From positions 1 to 20,374 of the forward strand of contig CAZJQC010000020.1 in the NCBI GenBank assembly GCA_964548195.1: 20,374 bases of DNA, in the 5' to 3' direction. Position numbers and translations under genes: made by a program. Positions within the stretch are counted from its first letter, which is position 1; every line of letters begins with the position of its first letter. Below, one piece after another: positions 1 to 8,737 of this stretch. This DNA comes from an uncultured bacterium. GTDB lineage: Bacteria; Macinerneyibacteriota; Macinerneyibacteria; Macinerneyibacteriales; DSCS01. The notes beneath the pieces are model-generated. The model did not search any database. It worked only from the letters and a program-made list of their open reading frames with translations, and was not told where the DNA came from.

Positions 1-48
1 AAAACATAACACAGTGGATGTCTTTGGGGGGGAAGACATTTTCCTCAT
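1..48 (-). CDS. Possible 5' end of a minus-strand gene running off the left edge (MRKMSSPPKTSTVLCF...)
   Basis: ATG at 48-46 with 16 open codons to the edge; an in-frame second ATG is preceded by GAGG. Too short to verify. Confidence 0.2.
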   Translation of the reverse strand, partial: MRKMSSPPKTSTVLCF

Positions 49-252
49 TTGTGCTTTTTGATAAAAGAGGAAAGCTCTTCTATGCGGGGACGCATATTTC
101 TGAAAGCGTCCGGACTCTCTTTATTCAAATACATGAATCGCGTCTCAACAGTTTGAGGTTTTTCATAGACGTTGCTTAAATACATATTGTTTTACACATG
201 CAGTCGCTGTGTTACGGTTACCGCTTTGTGCTTAAGCAAAACATCGGCAATG

Positions 253-1137
253 TCACTGTTTTTTATGAAACAGTGAGCTGAGTTTTTCCTTTGATCCGGA
301 AAACCCCTGCTTGACCTTCTCTGTCCCCTGTTTCACAGTGTCCGTCGTCTTACGTTTTGTCCTGGCAATAAGGCCTTCCTTTTTTTCAGGCTCTTTCCAA
401 TCCAGATTCTTCAATTTGCCGTAGGCAAAACGCAAAGAATAATGAGTGTGCCGGACCTTTCCCGACAACAGCCTCCTGAACGCCCTTTCCCGCCCTAAAT
501 GCTTGAAGAAGTTTATCCCGGATAAAATAGCGGCCACAAGAAACACAATTGAAAAAAACTCGATGTCGGCCACGGCTGAAAACACACAGAAACCCATCAT
601 GAGTGCGGAGATGATAAATGAAGCCCCGTGATCCAGCCGCCTCAGCCTGTTGTTTTCAAAATAATTATCCAACCCGGAATATTTTTTCTTTTTGACTGCG
701 TATATGATCCCGTCCGCAACGAGCATGAGCAACGGCAGGGATAGGAACACATACACATGGCCGGGCATTTCAGTATTGCCCGGGTATGCCGCATCACCGT
801 ACATGAGCACGATCAGTATGATCATGATCTTTGTCATGAACATGGGCGTTGAATAAAACCGTATGTCGATCTCCTCGTTGCCCGGTATCGGCGGCCTTTC
901 TTTGTTCCTTTTTGCTCCCGACTGAAAAAAGAGTATCTCAATGAAAAACATCAGTATTATGGAAAATACCGCATAATCGTTTATCTCGAACAGTTTTAAA
1001 CTGTCTACCATGATGATGATCACAAGTATTGAAAAAACCCTCAAAATACGGCACATGGTATTCGGCATTCTGAATATCGAATATACGGCAAAGATGGTTA
1101 AAAGAGATAAGACAAAGCCGACAAGGATGTCTTCCAT
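253..1137 (-). CDS. Hypothetical multi-pass membrane protein, 294 aa, with a Lys-rich C-terminal tail
   Basis: AGGAGG Shine-Dalgarno 6 nt before ATG; about 6-7 hydrophobic segments; no family recognised. Confidence 0.8.
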   Translation of the reverse strand: MEDILVGFVLSLLTIFAVYSIFRMPNTMCRILRVFSILVIIIMVDSLKLFEINDYAVFSIILMFFIEILFFQSGAKRNKERPPIPGNEEIDIRFYSTPMFMTKIMIILIVLMYGDAAYPGNTEMPGHVYVFLSLPLLMLVADGIIYAVKKKKYSGLDNYFENNRLRRLDHGASFIISALMMGFCVFSAVADIEFFSIVFLVAAILSGINFFKHLGRERAFRRLLSGKVRHTHYSLRFAYGKLKNLDWKEPEKKEGLIARTKRKTTDTVKQGTEKVKQGFSGSKEKLSSLFHKKQ

Positions 1138-1157
1138 TTAATACCTCCTGAACGGTT

Positions 1158-1185
1158 ATGATATCATGTATTTAAATACAATCAA
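1158..1185 (-). promoter_or_regulatory. Candidate sigma70 promoter for the 253..1137 gene, with a perfect 14-bp palindrome in the spacer
   Basis: Minus strand TTGATT (1185-1180), N16, TATCAT (1163-1158) with a TG extension; TGTATTTAAATACA palindrome at 1167-1180. Confidence 0.45.
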
Positions 1186-1285
1186 TAATATATGCCCGGT
1201 ACTCTTTGCCAGGACGCCGTGATTATAAAAAAGCGATGAAACAAAATAAGGCGGGCCAGGTCATATAACAGGTGAAAGGAGAAAT

Positions 1286-1818
1286 ATGACGTATTTGACA
1301 ACAAACAACCTCACACTGAGGGCCGTGACTGAAAACGATGTGGACGAGGTCACAAGGATGTGGGACCTTGGGGTGGAGCCTGTCCCGCCGGAGAAGGCCC
1401 GTGACGTCATAAAAAGACTGACGGAAAACCATAACAAAAACAGTCCGGGCCATATATACCATCTCTGTCTTGCGGTATTTAAAGACGCCCGCATCATAGG
1501 CTGGTGCGGCCTGGACGGCACAAGAGACGGCATCGTAAATATTTTTTATCTTATCGCTGAGGAGCAGCGGAACAACGGGTATGCCACGGAATGCGGGTAT
1601 TTGATTATGGCTTCGATGTGCTTAAAGCTTCCGTTATTCACGGCAGATGCCTGAAAAATAATATCGCATCTCGCAGGGTGCTTGAAAAATGCGGCATGTC
1701 TGCCCCCGCCGATGAGGGGGATACGCTGGCCTATGTTATGTCTTCTGATGACTATACATTAAACATGGCGCGAAACGCCGCGACCGGTCATGGCGGACTT
1801 TTTTCGGATGGACGATAA
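1286..1818 (+). pseudogene. RimJ/RimL-type GNAT N-acetyltransferase split by a frameshift near 1594-1597
   Basis: AGGAG SD. ORF 1286 carries LTLRAV..IIGWCGL..QRNNGYATEC; the continuation VFDYGF..NIASRRVLEKCGM lies in the frame of ORF 1591..1818. Confidence 0.8.
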
Positions 1819-1874
1819 TTTTCTTGAGTCCGGGCGGGGAAGGCATATAGTTGATAAAAAGCTTGGAGTCTGTC

Positions 1875-2996
1875 ATGGATGAGAATCAAGTCTATTTTCG
1901 CCTGTTTGAAGCCGAAGGCCGCAAGATGATGATAACGGGAAATGAGGACGGCATCAGCTCATTGCATATTCTGACCGGGGGCCGTGAGGCTGAACCCGAG
2001 AGGTCCTGGCTGGAAGACCAGACGATGTTTGAAGACGCCGTAGACCGCATAGGCGAATATCTCAGGGGGGAACGGCGCTCCTTCGGCCTGAAACTGAATC
2101 CCGCCGGCACTGATTTTCAGAAGAAAGTATGGGCCGCGCTTCAAGAGATCCCGTATGGCGAACTACGCACATACGGTGAGATCGCAGCGGCGGCGGGCAA
2201 CAAAAAAGCGGCCCGGGCCGTGGGTATGGCGAACAACAGAAATCCGATCCCTCTTATCATACCGTGCCACAGAGTCGTGGGCGCCAGCGGACAGCTTGTC
2301 GGATACGCCTACGGACTTGAACTTAAAGGGCAGCTCATTAATATGGAGAGGATCATCCGTCTGTATGAACTCCTTTTCTCTCATTACGGGAAACAGCATT
2401 GGTGGCCCGCGGAGAGTCCATTCGAGATGATGACAGGCGCGGTACTCGTGCAGAACACCGCCTGGAGAAATGTTGAAAAGGCGCTTGAAGGGTTCGAGGG
2501 AAAACTGTCGCCGTCTCTCATAGAAGAAATATCCCGCGAGACACTGGCGGAGATCATACGCCCCAGCGGGTTTTACAATCAAAAAGCCGCACGCCTCAAG
2601 GCGCTGACGGAATGGTTCGGCAAATACGACTGCGCGGTCGACGCGGCGAAAAAAAGGCCGGGTGAGGAACTGCGCCGGGAGCTTCTCTCCATCAGCGGCA
2701 TCGGCAGGGAGACGGCGGATTCCATTCTTCTATATGCCCTTGAAAAGAAGTACTTTATCGTCGACGGCTATGCGAGACGCATATTTTCAAGGATAGGGAT
2801 AAGCGTCCCCGACGAGTACGACGCATTCCGCCTTGCCGTTGAAGACGTGTTGCCCCCCGACATTGCTTTATATAATGAGTTCCACGCCCTTCTTGTGGAA
2901 CACGGCAAGCGTTATTGCCGGAAAAAGCCTTTGTGCGATATGTGCCCCATGGCGGATTTTTGCCTTAAAGGGCGCGGGAGGAGTGATCATGCGTAA
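1875..2996 (+). CDS. ogt: Fusion of methylated-DNA-protein-cysteine methyltransferase (Ogt) and an endonuclease III-related HhH-GPD/FeS protein
   Basis: GTDFQKKVW, IPYGELRTYG, RAVGMA and active-site PCHRV (Cys at 2265-2267), then YGKQHWWP, GAVLVQNTAW, IRPSGFYNQKA, HhH LLSISGIGRETAD, VDGY and a C-x5-C-x2-C-x5-C cluster. Start placed at ATG 1875 (GGAG at 1865-1868) rather than TTG 1851. Confidence 0.9.
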   Translation: MDENQVYFRLFEAEGRKMMITGNEDGISSLHILTGGREAEPERSWLEDQTMFEDAVDRIGEYLRGERRSFGLKLNPAGTDFQKKVWAALQEIPYGELRTYGEIAAAAGNKKAARAVGMANNRNPIPLIIPCHRVVGASGQLVGYAYGLELKGQLINMERIIRLYELLFSHYGKQHWWPAESPFEMMTGAVLVQNTAWRNVEKALEGFEGKLSPSLIEEISRETLAEIIRPSGFYNQKAARLKALTEWFGKYDCAVDAAKKRPGEELRRELLSISGIGRETADSILLYALEKKYFIVDGYARRIFSRIGISVPDEYDAFRLAVEDVLPPDIALYNEFHALLVEHGKRYCRKKPLCDMCPMADFCLKGRGRSDHA

Positions 2997-4146
2997 AAGG
3001 ATATTGACCGCCTTGCTTGTGTTTACTGCGGCCGTACTGCCCCTGTCCGGCGAAGGCCGCACGAAAGATATTAAAATCAACTTTTTCGGCGGCGGGTTCG
3101 CTATAAAAGATTGTCCGGCTTATACGGCCGGTGTCTATAACGCGAAGACGGTCGAGGATATACGGGGAATCCGTAAGAGATTCGCTAAATACGACATATC
3201 GCCTCTCCTTGAAGAACTGACGATGCTTAAGGAAGACATGAGGCTTAACGACTGGGGATATCTGCAGCTTATGAAAGAAGTGGCGGCTGAACTGCTGCCT
3301 TCATCGGAAAACGGCCAGAAGTATATCGTCTGGGGCCTCCTTGAAAAAGCCGGCTATGATGTCAGGGCCGCGTTTTCAAATAACGGCATATATATTCTCA
3401 TGCCGAACAGGGAGACGGTTTACGGGACCATGTTCACCGTGATCGAGGGGGAAAAATATTATAATTTCAGGTTTGACGAAGAAAGGCCTCTGTCGGAGTC
3501 TTTTTATTTGTATCCGGATGAAAACAAAGGCAGGGGAAGGATCTTCAGCCTTGTGATGGACGAATACCCGGAATTGCCGGGCAACAGATACGTCAATACG
3601 TTTGAATTTAACGACGGAAACACGTCATATGCCATAGACGCAAGATATGACATGCAGGTCATAGAGTTTCTCCGCCATTATCCTCAGACGGAACTCGCGG
3701 TCTATTTTAAGGCGCCCTGGTATGACGGCATGTTCATCGAGGACCTTAAAGCCATAGTGAGAGGCAAAAGCGAATACGATGCGGTGAATACCCTGTTGCG
3801 CTTTATGCATCAGGCCTTTGAATATGGCACGGATGAGGAGCAGTTCGGGCGTGAAAAGGTGCTCTTTCCACATGAGATGTTTTTTTACTCTTATTCGGAT
3901 TGCGAGGACAGGACGGTCTTTTTTGCGAAACTGGTGAAGACGCTGCTCGGACTCGATGTCATCGGCGTAGAGTATCCGAACCATGTGTCTGCCGCGGTGA
4001 GGTTTAATGCGGATGTGAGCGGCGATTCCGTACAGTATCGTGGCGCCGCATACGTCATAGCCGATCCGAGTTATGTGAACGCAGGTATCGGAGTAAGCAT
4101 GCCGGGCCTGACAGATGAAAAAGTCAATGTCATTGAATTTGAGTGA
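2989..4146 (+). CDS. Secreted hypothetical protein with a C-terminal transglutaminase-like Cys-His-Asp domain
   Basis: GGAGGAG SD and ATG at 2989 overlapping the upstream gene end; signal peptide MRKRILTALLVFTAAVLPLSG; motifs SDCEDR (Cys 3901-3903), YPNHVSAAV and ADPSY. Confidence 0.75.
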   Translation: MRKRILTALLVFTAAVLPLSGEGRTKDIKINFFGGGFAIKDCPAYTAGVYNAKTVEDIRGIRKRFAKYDISPLLEELTMLKEDMRLNDWGYLQLMKEVAAELLPSSENGQKYIVWGLLEKAGYDVRAAFSNNGIYILMPNRETVYGTMFTVIEGEKYYNFRFDEERPLSESFYLYPDENKGRGRIFSLVMDEYPELPGNRYVNTFEFNDGNTSYAIDARYDMQVIEFLRHYPQTELAVYFKAPWYDGMFIEDLKAIVRGKSEYDAVNTLLRFMHQAFEYGTDEEQFGREKVLFPHEMFFYSYSDCEDRTVFFAKLVKTLLGLDVIGVEYPNHVSAAVRFNADVSGDSVQYRGAAYVIADPSYVNAGIGVSMPGLTDEKVNVIEFE

Positions 4147-4461
4147 ACGATCGAAACTTATGGATACGAGGCCTGTACATAAAAACATGGATTGATTTAT
4201 GAGATCCGTAAAAGGGAAAAGCAGAGGGCTCGCCATGACGGTGTTGTTTTTTAGGCAAGACAGATCCGGCCGCATATTTAAGATCTGTCATGAAACATAA
4301 TAGGTGCCTGCTTTGTCAATTTATCTGTATCAGTTAAACGACTGATAAAAGATGAGGTTGAAAAATGGTTCTGTAGTCACAAAAATCATGCCGGTTCGGC
4401 GGAATTTTATAATATTAATTTAACTTATCACGCAGATTATAACGCAGTAAGAGGTGATTTG

Positions 4462-5034
4462 ATGAGAGAAATAAGTTTCAACAACTATTTTTGGCAGAAT
4501 GAGACAGTGCGGCTGCGTGCCGTTCAGGAAAAAGACTGGGAAGACCATTATTACAACCTTTTTGATTCCGGGGCAAGACAGCTCCTCGAGGCGGAAGTCG
4601 AACTGCCGCCGACAGAGGAACGGTCGCATGAATTTGCCGAGAAATTTAAAAACTTCGCGCAAGGTACGGGAAGGATCATGTTTACAATAGAAAACATGAA
4701 GGGCGAGAATGTGGGCGGCGCCAATATCAACTCGATCGATATGAAAAACGGCACGTTCAGCATCGGCATGCAGATAGACCGCGACCACAGGGGAAAAGGA
4801 TACGGGACGGCCGCCATGAGCATATTGCTCGATTACGCTTTTTTTGAAAGAAGGCTGAACAAGTTCAATGACAGAACGCTTGCGGGAAATGAAGGGTCGG
4901 GCAAGATGATGGAAAGACTCGGATGCATTGTCGAGGGACAGCGCAGGCAGTGCGTGTACATGAACGGCAAATATCAGGATGAGATACTGTACGGACTGAC
5001 GCAGGAAGAATGGCGGCGCACGCGCGGAAAATAG
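4462..5034 (+). CDS. RimJ/RimL-type GNAT N-acetyltransferase
   Basis: GAGGTG SD; VRLRAV, FSIGMQI, acetyl-CoA motif HRGKGYGT, LDYAFFERRL, N..S..MMERLG..EG. Confidence 0.9.
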   Translation: MREISFNNYFWQNETVRLRAVQEKDWEDHYYNLFDSGARQLLEAEVELPPTEERSHEFAEKFKNFAQGTGRIMFTIENMKGENVGGANINSIDMKNGTFSIGMQIDRDHRGKGYGTAAMSILLDYAFFERRLNKFNDRTLAGNEGSGKMMERLGCIVEGQRRQCVYMNGKYQDEILYGLTQEEWRRTRGK

Positions 5035-5048
5035 AGGACGGGCCCCTC

Positions 5049-5981
5049 ATGTATAAGATGCGCAAATACAAAGACGACCATGACAAGATCATGGATTTCC
5101 TGGCCAGGATGTATCTGAACAATAAATATCAGCGGTGCTGGCTTCCCGCTCGGTGGAACTACGCGCATTATCTGGTAAACCCGCTTTACGTCGAGCGTGG
5201 CTTCGCGGACTGGAAATCAAAGATAATCATATGGGAAAAAGACGGCGATATTGCAGGCGTGCTCAATGCAGCCGGCAATAAGAACATATTCATCCATATA
5301 CGACAAGGTTTGACTGAACTGCAGCGGGAGATGCTTGAATACGCCGAAGAGCATTTTGACGATGATCCCGGGACGCCGCTGTCTGTCTGGTCAAATGCGG
5401 GGGATGCCGTGCGCGAAAGATTGCTGCGGGCAAAGGGTTACGTTAGGGGCGAGACCTGCAATTTTATGAATCATCAAGGACTTGACGGCGACTATCGCCC
5501 GGCGGCGCCGCCCGGTTATTCCATAAGGACGATGGAAGACGGCATAGATATCACGGACAGGTATCTCGCGCTGCACCGGTCCTTTCACCCCGGGGACACC
5601 ATTACACATACAGTCCCGGATTCATATTACAGCATGATGAGTTCGCCCATGTACCGGCGTGACCTGGACATAGTCGCCGTCGGGAAAGACGGCGAAGTTG
5701 TCGCTTCCGCGATAGCATGGTATGATAAAAGATGTAAAACGGGGATGTTCGAGCCGGTGGGAACACTTGCGGAACATCAGCGGAAGGGGCTTGGTCGGGC
5801 GGTTCTCCTTGAAGGACTCCGACGCTTAAAGATGGCAGGCGCCGGGAAGGCATTTGTCGAATCGTTCGGAGAAGAGCGGCTTGCGTTTTACCGCTCCGCA
5901 GGGTTTCGCCCCCATGATATGGATTATCCCTGGAAAAAGGAGGCGCCTATGTCGGCGTTAAAAGCAGGTGACACATGCTGA
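5049..5981 (+). CDS. GNAT family N-acetyltransferase (long form, C-terminal GNAT domain)
   Basis: FEPVGT..HQRKGLGRAVL..GLRRLK..GA..FYRSAGF. Start at ATG 5049 (GAGGA upstream) or 5058. Confidence 0.85.
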   Translation: MYKMRKYKDDHDKIMDFLARMYLNNKYQRCWLPARWNYAHYLVNPLYVERGFADWKSKIIIWEKDGDIAGVLNAAGNKNIFIHIRQGLTELQREMLEYAEEHFDDDPGTPLSVWSNAGDAVRERLLRAKGYVRGETCNFMNHQGLDGDYRPAAPPGYSIRTMEDGIDITDRYLALHRSFHPGDTITHTVPDSYYSMMSSPMYRRDLDIVAVGKDGEVVASAIAWYDKRCKTGMFEPVGTLAEHQRKGLGRAVLLEGLRRLKMAGAGKAFVESFGEERLAFYRSAGFRPHDMDYPWKKEAPMSALKAGDTC

Positions 5982-6928
5982 ATGGCCTTATAATGGCGGC
6001 GGGTTTCCTGCCGCTTATTGCCGGCGCGGAGATGCTTGTCAACGGCGCGTCCTCCGTCGCGAAAAAAATGGGGGTGGGCGACATGGTCATCGGCATGACC
6101 ATAATCGCTTTCGGGACATCGGCGCCGGAATTGGCCGTGAACGTACTCGCCTCCCTTAAAGGCAGTTCCGGCATAGTCATGGGCAATGTGCTCGGAAGCA
6201 ATATCTTCAACATACTGATGGTCATAGGCGTTTCCGCGGTCATGCGGCCCGTGAGAATAAGCCGTAACACCACGCGCGTCGATGTGCCGTTATGCTTCCT
6301 GTCATCGCTTGCCGTATTTGTGCTTTCGGATCTTTTCTTTGCCCCCGGATCGGGCGCCGGCACGCTGTCATGCTTTGACGGCATGATTTTGCTGTTGTTG
6401 TTCGCGGGATTTCTCTATTATAATGCATCGCTTTTGAAAAAAGAACCGGCTTCGGCTGACGGGCCGGAAGGGCGGGGCGGAATGCTGTTTCCGGCGCTGA
6501 TGATATTGGCGGGGCTTTTTCTGCTTTTTGCGGGCGGACGGGTCATTGTTGAGTACGGAATGATATTCGCGAGAAGTATCGGCATGTCCGAAGCATTGAT
6601 CGGCGCGACCTTCGTCGCTGCCGGAACATCTCTTCCCGAGCTTGCGGCATCTGTCTCCGCGGTGAGAAAAGGGAAAACGGATCTGGCATTGGGCAATGTC
6701 CTGGGGTCAAACATATTCAATGTCCTGTTCATATTGGGAGTGTCGTCCGTAATCGGGAGGGTGGATGTCGATCCGGTTTTTAGAGCCGAGATCATAATAA
6801 ATATGTTTGCAAGCGCCCTGCTTTTCCTGTTCATATTCACGGGCAGGGGGAGGCGCATAGACAGAAGGGAAGGCGCGGCGTTCATAATTATATATCTGGC
6901 GCAGCTTATATATCTTTTCCTGAGATGA
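5975..6928 (+). CDS. yrbG: Calcium/sodium antiporter (CaCA, YrbG family)
   Basis: Two alpha repeats, GTSAPE..GNVLGSNIFN and GTSLPE..GNVLGSNIFN; about 10 TM segments; AGGTG SD. Confidence 0.92.
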   Translation: MLNGLIMAAGFLPLIAGAEMLVNGASSVAKKMGVGDMVIGMTIIAFGTSAPELAVNVLASLKGSSGIVMGNVLGSNIFNILMVIGVSAVMRPVRISRNTTRVDVPLCFLSSLAVFVLSDLFFAPGSGAGTLSCFDGMILLLLFAGFLYYNASLLKKEPASADGPEGRGGMLFPALMILAGLFLLFAGGRVIVEYGMIFARSIGMSEALIGATFVAAGTSLPELAASVSAVRKGKTDLALGNVLGSNIFNVLFILGVSSVIGRVDVDPVFRAEIIINMFASALLFLFIFTGRGRRIDRREGAAFIIIYLAQLIYLFLR

Positions 6929-6982
6929 GATGTCCGCCCGCGCTCCAGCGGGTGGAAAAGTACGGGGACTGAGGAGGTTGTC

Positions 6983-8080
6983 GTGACGCGATCGATTCCA
7001 TGGCGCAGTCTGTTTTTGATGGTGATGGCCCTCACGCTGTTCGGCGTGTCGTCGGTGTTTCCCTGCACGGCTTTTTCGCTTGCCGGGGACGGCACCGTCA
7101 TTCTGGGTAAAAATCTCGACTGGTCGTCTGACAGAGGAGTAATACAGGTCAACAAAAGAAATCGCGTGAAGGAAGTGGGCGACGGCTATAACTCACATCC
7201 CGCGAAATGGGTGTCCCTTTACGGAAGCGTCACGTTTAACCACATTTCCTGCGGGTTTCCGCTGGGCGGCATGAATGAGGCCGGCCTGGTGGTGGAAAGC
7301 CTGAACCTCTTTTACTCGGTGTACCCTAAGCCGGACGAACGCCCCGCAATGGATGCGATGCAATGGATACAGTATCAGCTCGACAACAGCGCCGTATTGG
7401 AAGATGTCATAGATTCGGCGCGCAAAATACGTATAGAGCCGGTGATGTTCCGGCTGCACTATCTTGTGTGCGATCGCAGCGGAAGACGGGCCGTGATAGA
7501 GTTTTTGAACGGCAAGATGACTGTGTACAAAGACGGGCGTTTGCCCGTTCCCGTGCTCGCAAACAATAAATACGGGGATTCATTGAAGAACCTCTTGATG
7601 TTTAAGGGATTCGGGGGAGAACGGCCGGTCGACGACGATTACATAAACAGGTTTGCCGGCGCGGCTGAGATGATAAGGATGTATGACCCGGATTCGGCCG
7701 GCGGGCTGATCGAATACGGATTTAAGATACTCGACAAGACGAAACATTCCGATGACACCAAATGGAGTATCATATACGACCCCGTCTCGTTCAGTATATT
7801 TTACAGGACATCGCGCAGTCCGGCTCTTAAGGTTTTGCATGTCAGTGATTTTGACTTCGGTTCTGAATGCGCGCCCGAGCTGCTTGATGTAAATAACGGC
7901 TTTTCCGGAAGGATCAACGGATATTTTAAGGCATTTGATCATGTGAAAAACAAAAGACATATTGAAGAAGTGTTCGCAGAACTCGTTGAAAACGGCGATA
8001 TGGATGAGATGCCTTCGGAGAGGCTGATAGAACAGATGTCCGCATTCGCCCGCAACATCCCGGCAGCCGGCGCATTTTAA
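6983..8080 (+). CDS. Secreted Ntn hydrolase, choloylglycine hydrolase / penicillin V acylase family
   Basis: GAGGAGG SD with GTG start; signal peptide followed by CTAF..GKNLDW, YGSVTFN, GGMNEAGL, WIQYQLDN, HYLVCD, LANN, RF, TKWSIIYD. Confidence 0.88.
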   Translation: MTRSIPWRSLFLMVMALTLFGVSSVFPCTAFSLAGDGTVILGKNLDWSSDRGVIQVNKRNRVKEVGDGYNSHPAKWVSLYGSVTFNHISCGFPLGGMNEAGLVVESLNLFYSVYPKPDERPAMDAMQWIQYQLDNSAVLEDVIDSARKIRIEPVMFRLHYLVCDRSGRRAVIEFLNGKMTVYKDGRLPVPVLANNKYGDSLKNLLMFKGFGGERPVDDDYINRFAGAAEMIRMYDPDSAGGLIEYGFKILDKTKHSDDTKWSIIYDPVSFSIFYRTSRSPALKVLHVSDFDFGSECAPELLDVNNGFSGRINGYFKAFDHVKNKRHIEEVFAELVENGDMDEMPSERLIEQMSAFARNIPAAGAF

Positions 8081-8117
8081 GACAAAACATCACCTTTTAG
8101 CGGATTTAAGAATCATA

Positions 8118-8146
8118 TGTAACCTTTGATGCATTTATATGGTATT
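8118..8146 (+). promoter_or_regulatory. Candidate ECF-type autoregulatory promoter
   Basis: TGTAAC (8118-8123), N17, GGTATT (8141-8146), about 50 nt upstream of the ECF sigma gene; resembles AAC / (C)GT ECF promoter cores. Confidence 0.4.
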
Positions 8147-8196
8147 GATTATCAAAGGCTTGCATTGCGGAAGAACAGGAATTATGATTAGGCTGT

Positions 8197-8736
8197 ATGA
8201 TATCTGAGGACTATGCGATAATAAAAACGATTCTGGGCGGGAACAGCTCCGCTTTCAGGAGTATAATGGACAAATACGGCAACCTGGTGTACAGGCTTGC
8301 GTACACCCATCTGAACGATGTGGAAGAGGCGCGTGACCTCACGCAGGATATATTCATCAAGATATATAAGAACCTTAGAAAGTACAACCCCGAATATAAG
8401 TTCTTTTCGTGGCTGTACAGAATATCCCTGAATACGATCAACACGTATCTGGGAAAACGGAAGAGGCGGCCTGTGATGGTGCCGCTGGAAAACACCCCGG
8501 CCGCTGAGAAAGGCGGCGCCATGGAAAAAGACGGTCCGGAGATCGCGGGGGATATTGAGCATATAATCGCGGGCTTTAAAAAAGACACACGCGAGATATT
8601 CGTGCTTTTTTATTACGAGGAGATGGAGATCCGGGAAATATCGGAGATAACGGGGAAAAGCCCGGAGAATATAAAGGTGATATTGCATCGGGGACGCAAG
8701 GATATAAGAGAAGCCCTCGGGGCTGAAAAGAGGTGA
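8197..8736 (+). CDS. ECF RNA polymerase sigma factor
   Basis: Region 2 ARDLTQDIFIKIY..FFSWLYRISLN; region 4 REIFVLFYYEEMEIREISEITGKSPENIKVILHRGRK. Confidence 0.95.
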   Translation: MISEDYAIIKTILGGNSSAFRSIMDKYGNLVYRLAYTHLNDVEEARDLTQDIFIKIYKNLRKYNPEYKFFSWLYRISLNTINTYLGKRKRRPVMVPLENTPAAEKGGAMEKDGPEIAGDIEHIIAGFKKDTREIFVLFYYEEMEIREISEITGKSPENIKVILHRGRKDIREALGAEKR

Positions 8737-8737
8737 C

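Noticed and set aside
193..202. TACA-CA-TGCA as a BlaI box
   Set aside because: Core mismatch, non-palindromic flanks, and far from blaI.
18..240. Several short hairpins in the left spacer (18-39, 88-111, 229-238) suggesting a structured RNA
   Set aside because: No riboswitch or ncRNA consensus recognised; an Rfam/Infernal scan would be needed.
1591..1818. Independent 75-aa gene
   Set aside because: It is the C-terminal part of the frameshifted GNAT and has no clear SD of its own.
4199..4300. 33-codon ORF (MRSVKGKSRG...) in the 4147-4461 spacer
   Set aside because: No convincing SD and no recognisable features.
4328..4347. Inverted repeat TATCAGT-N6-ACTGATA
   Set aside because: Single short AT-rich repeat; cannot distinguish operator, weak terminator or chance.
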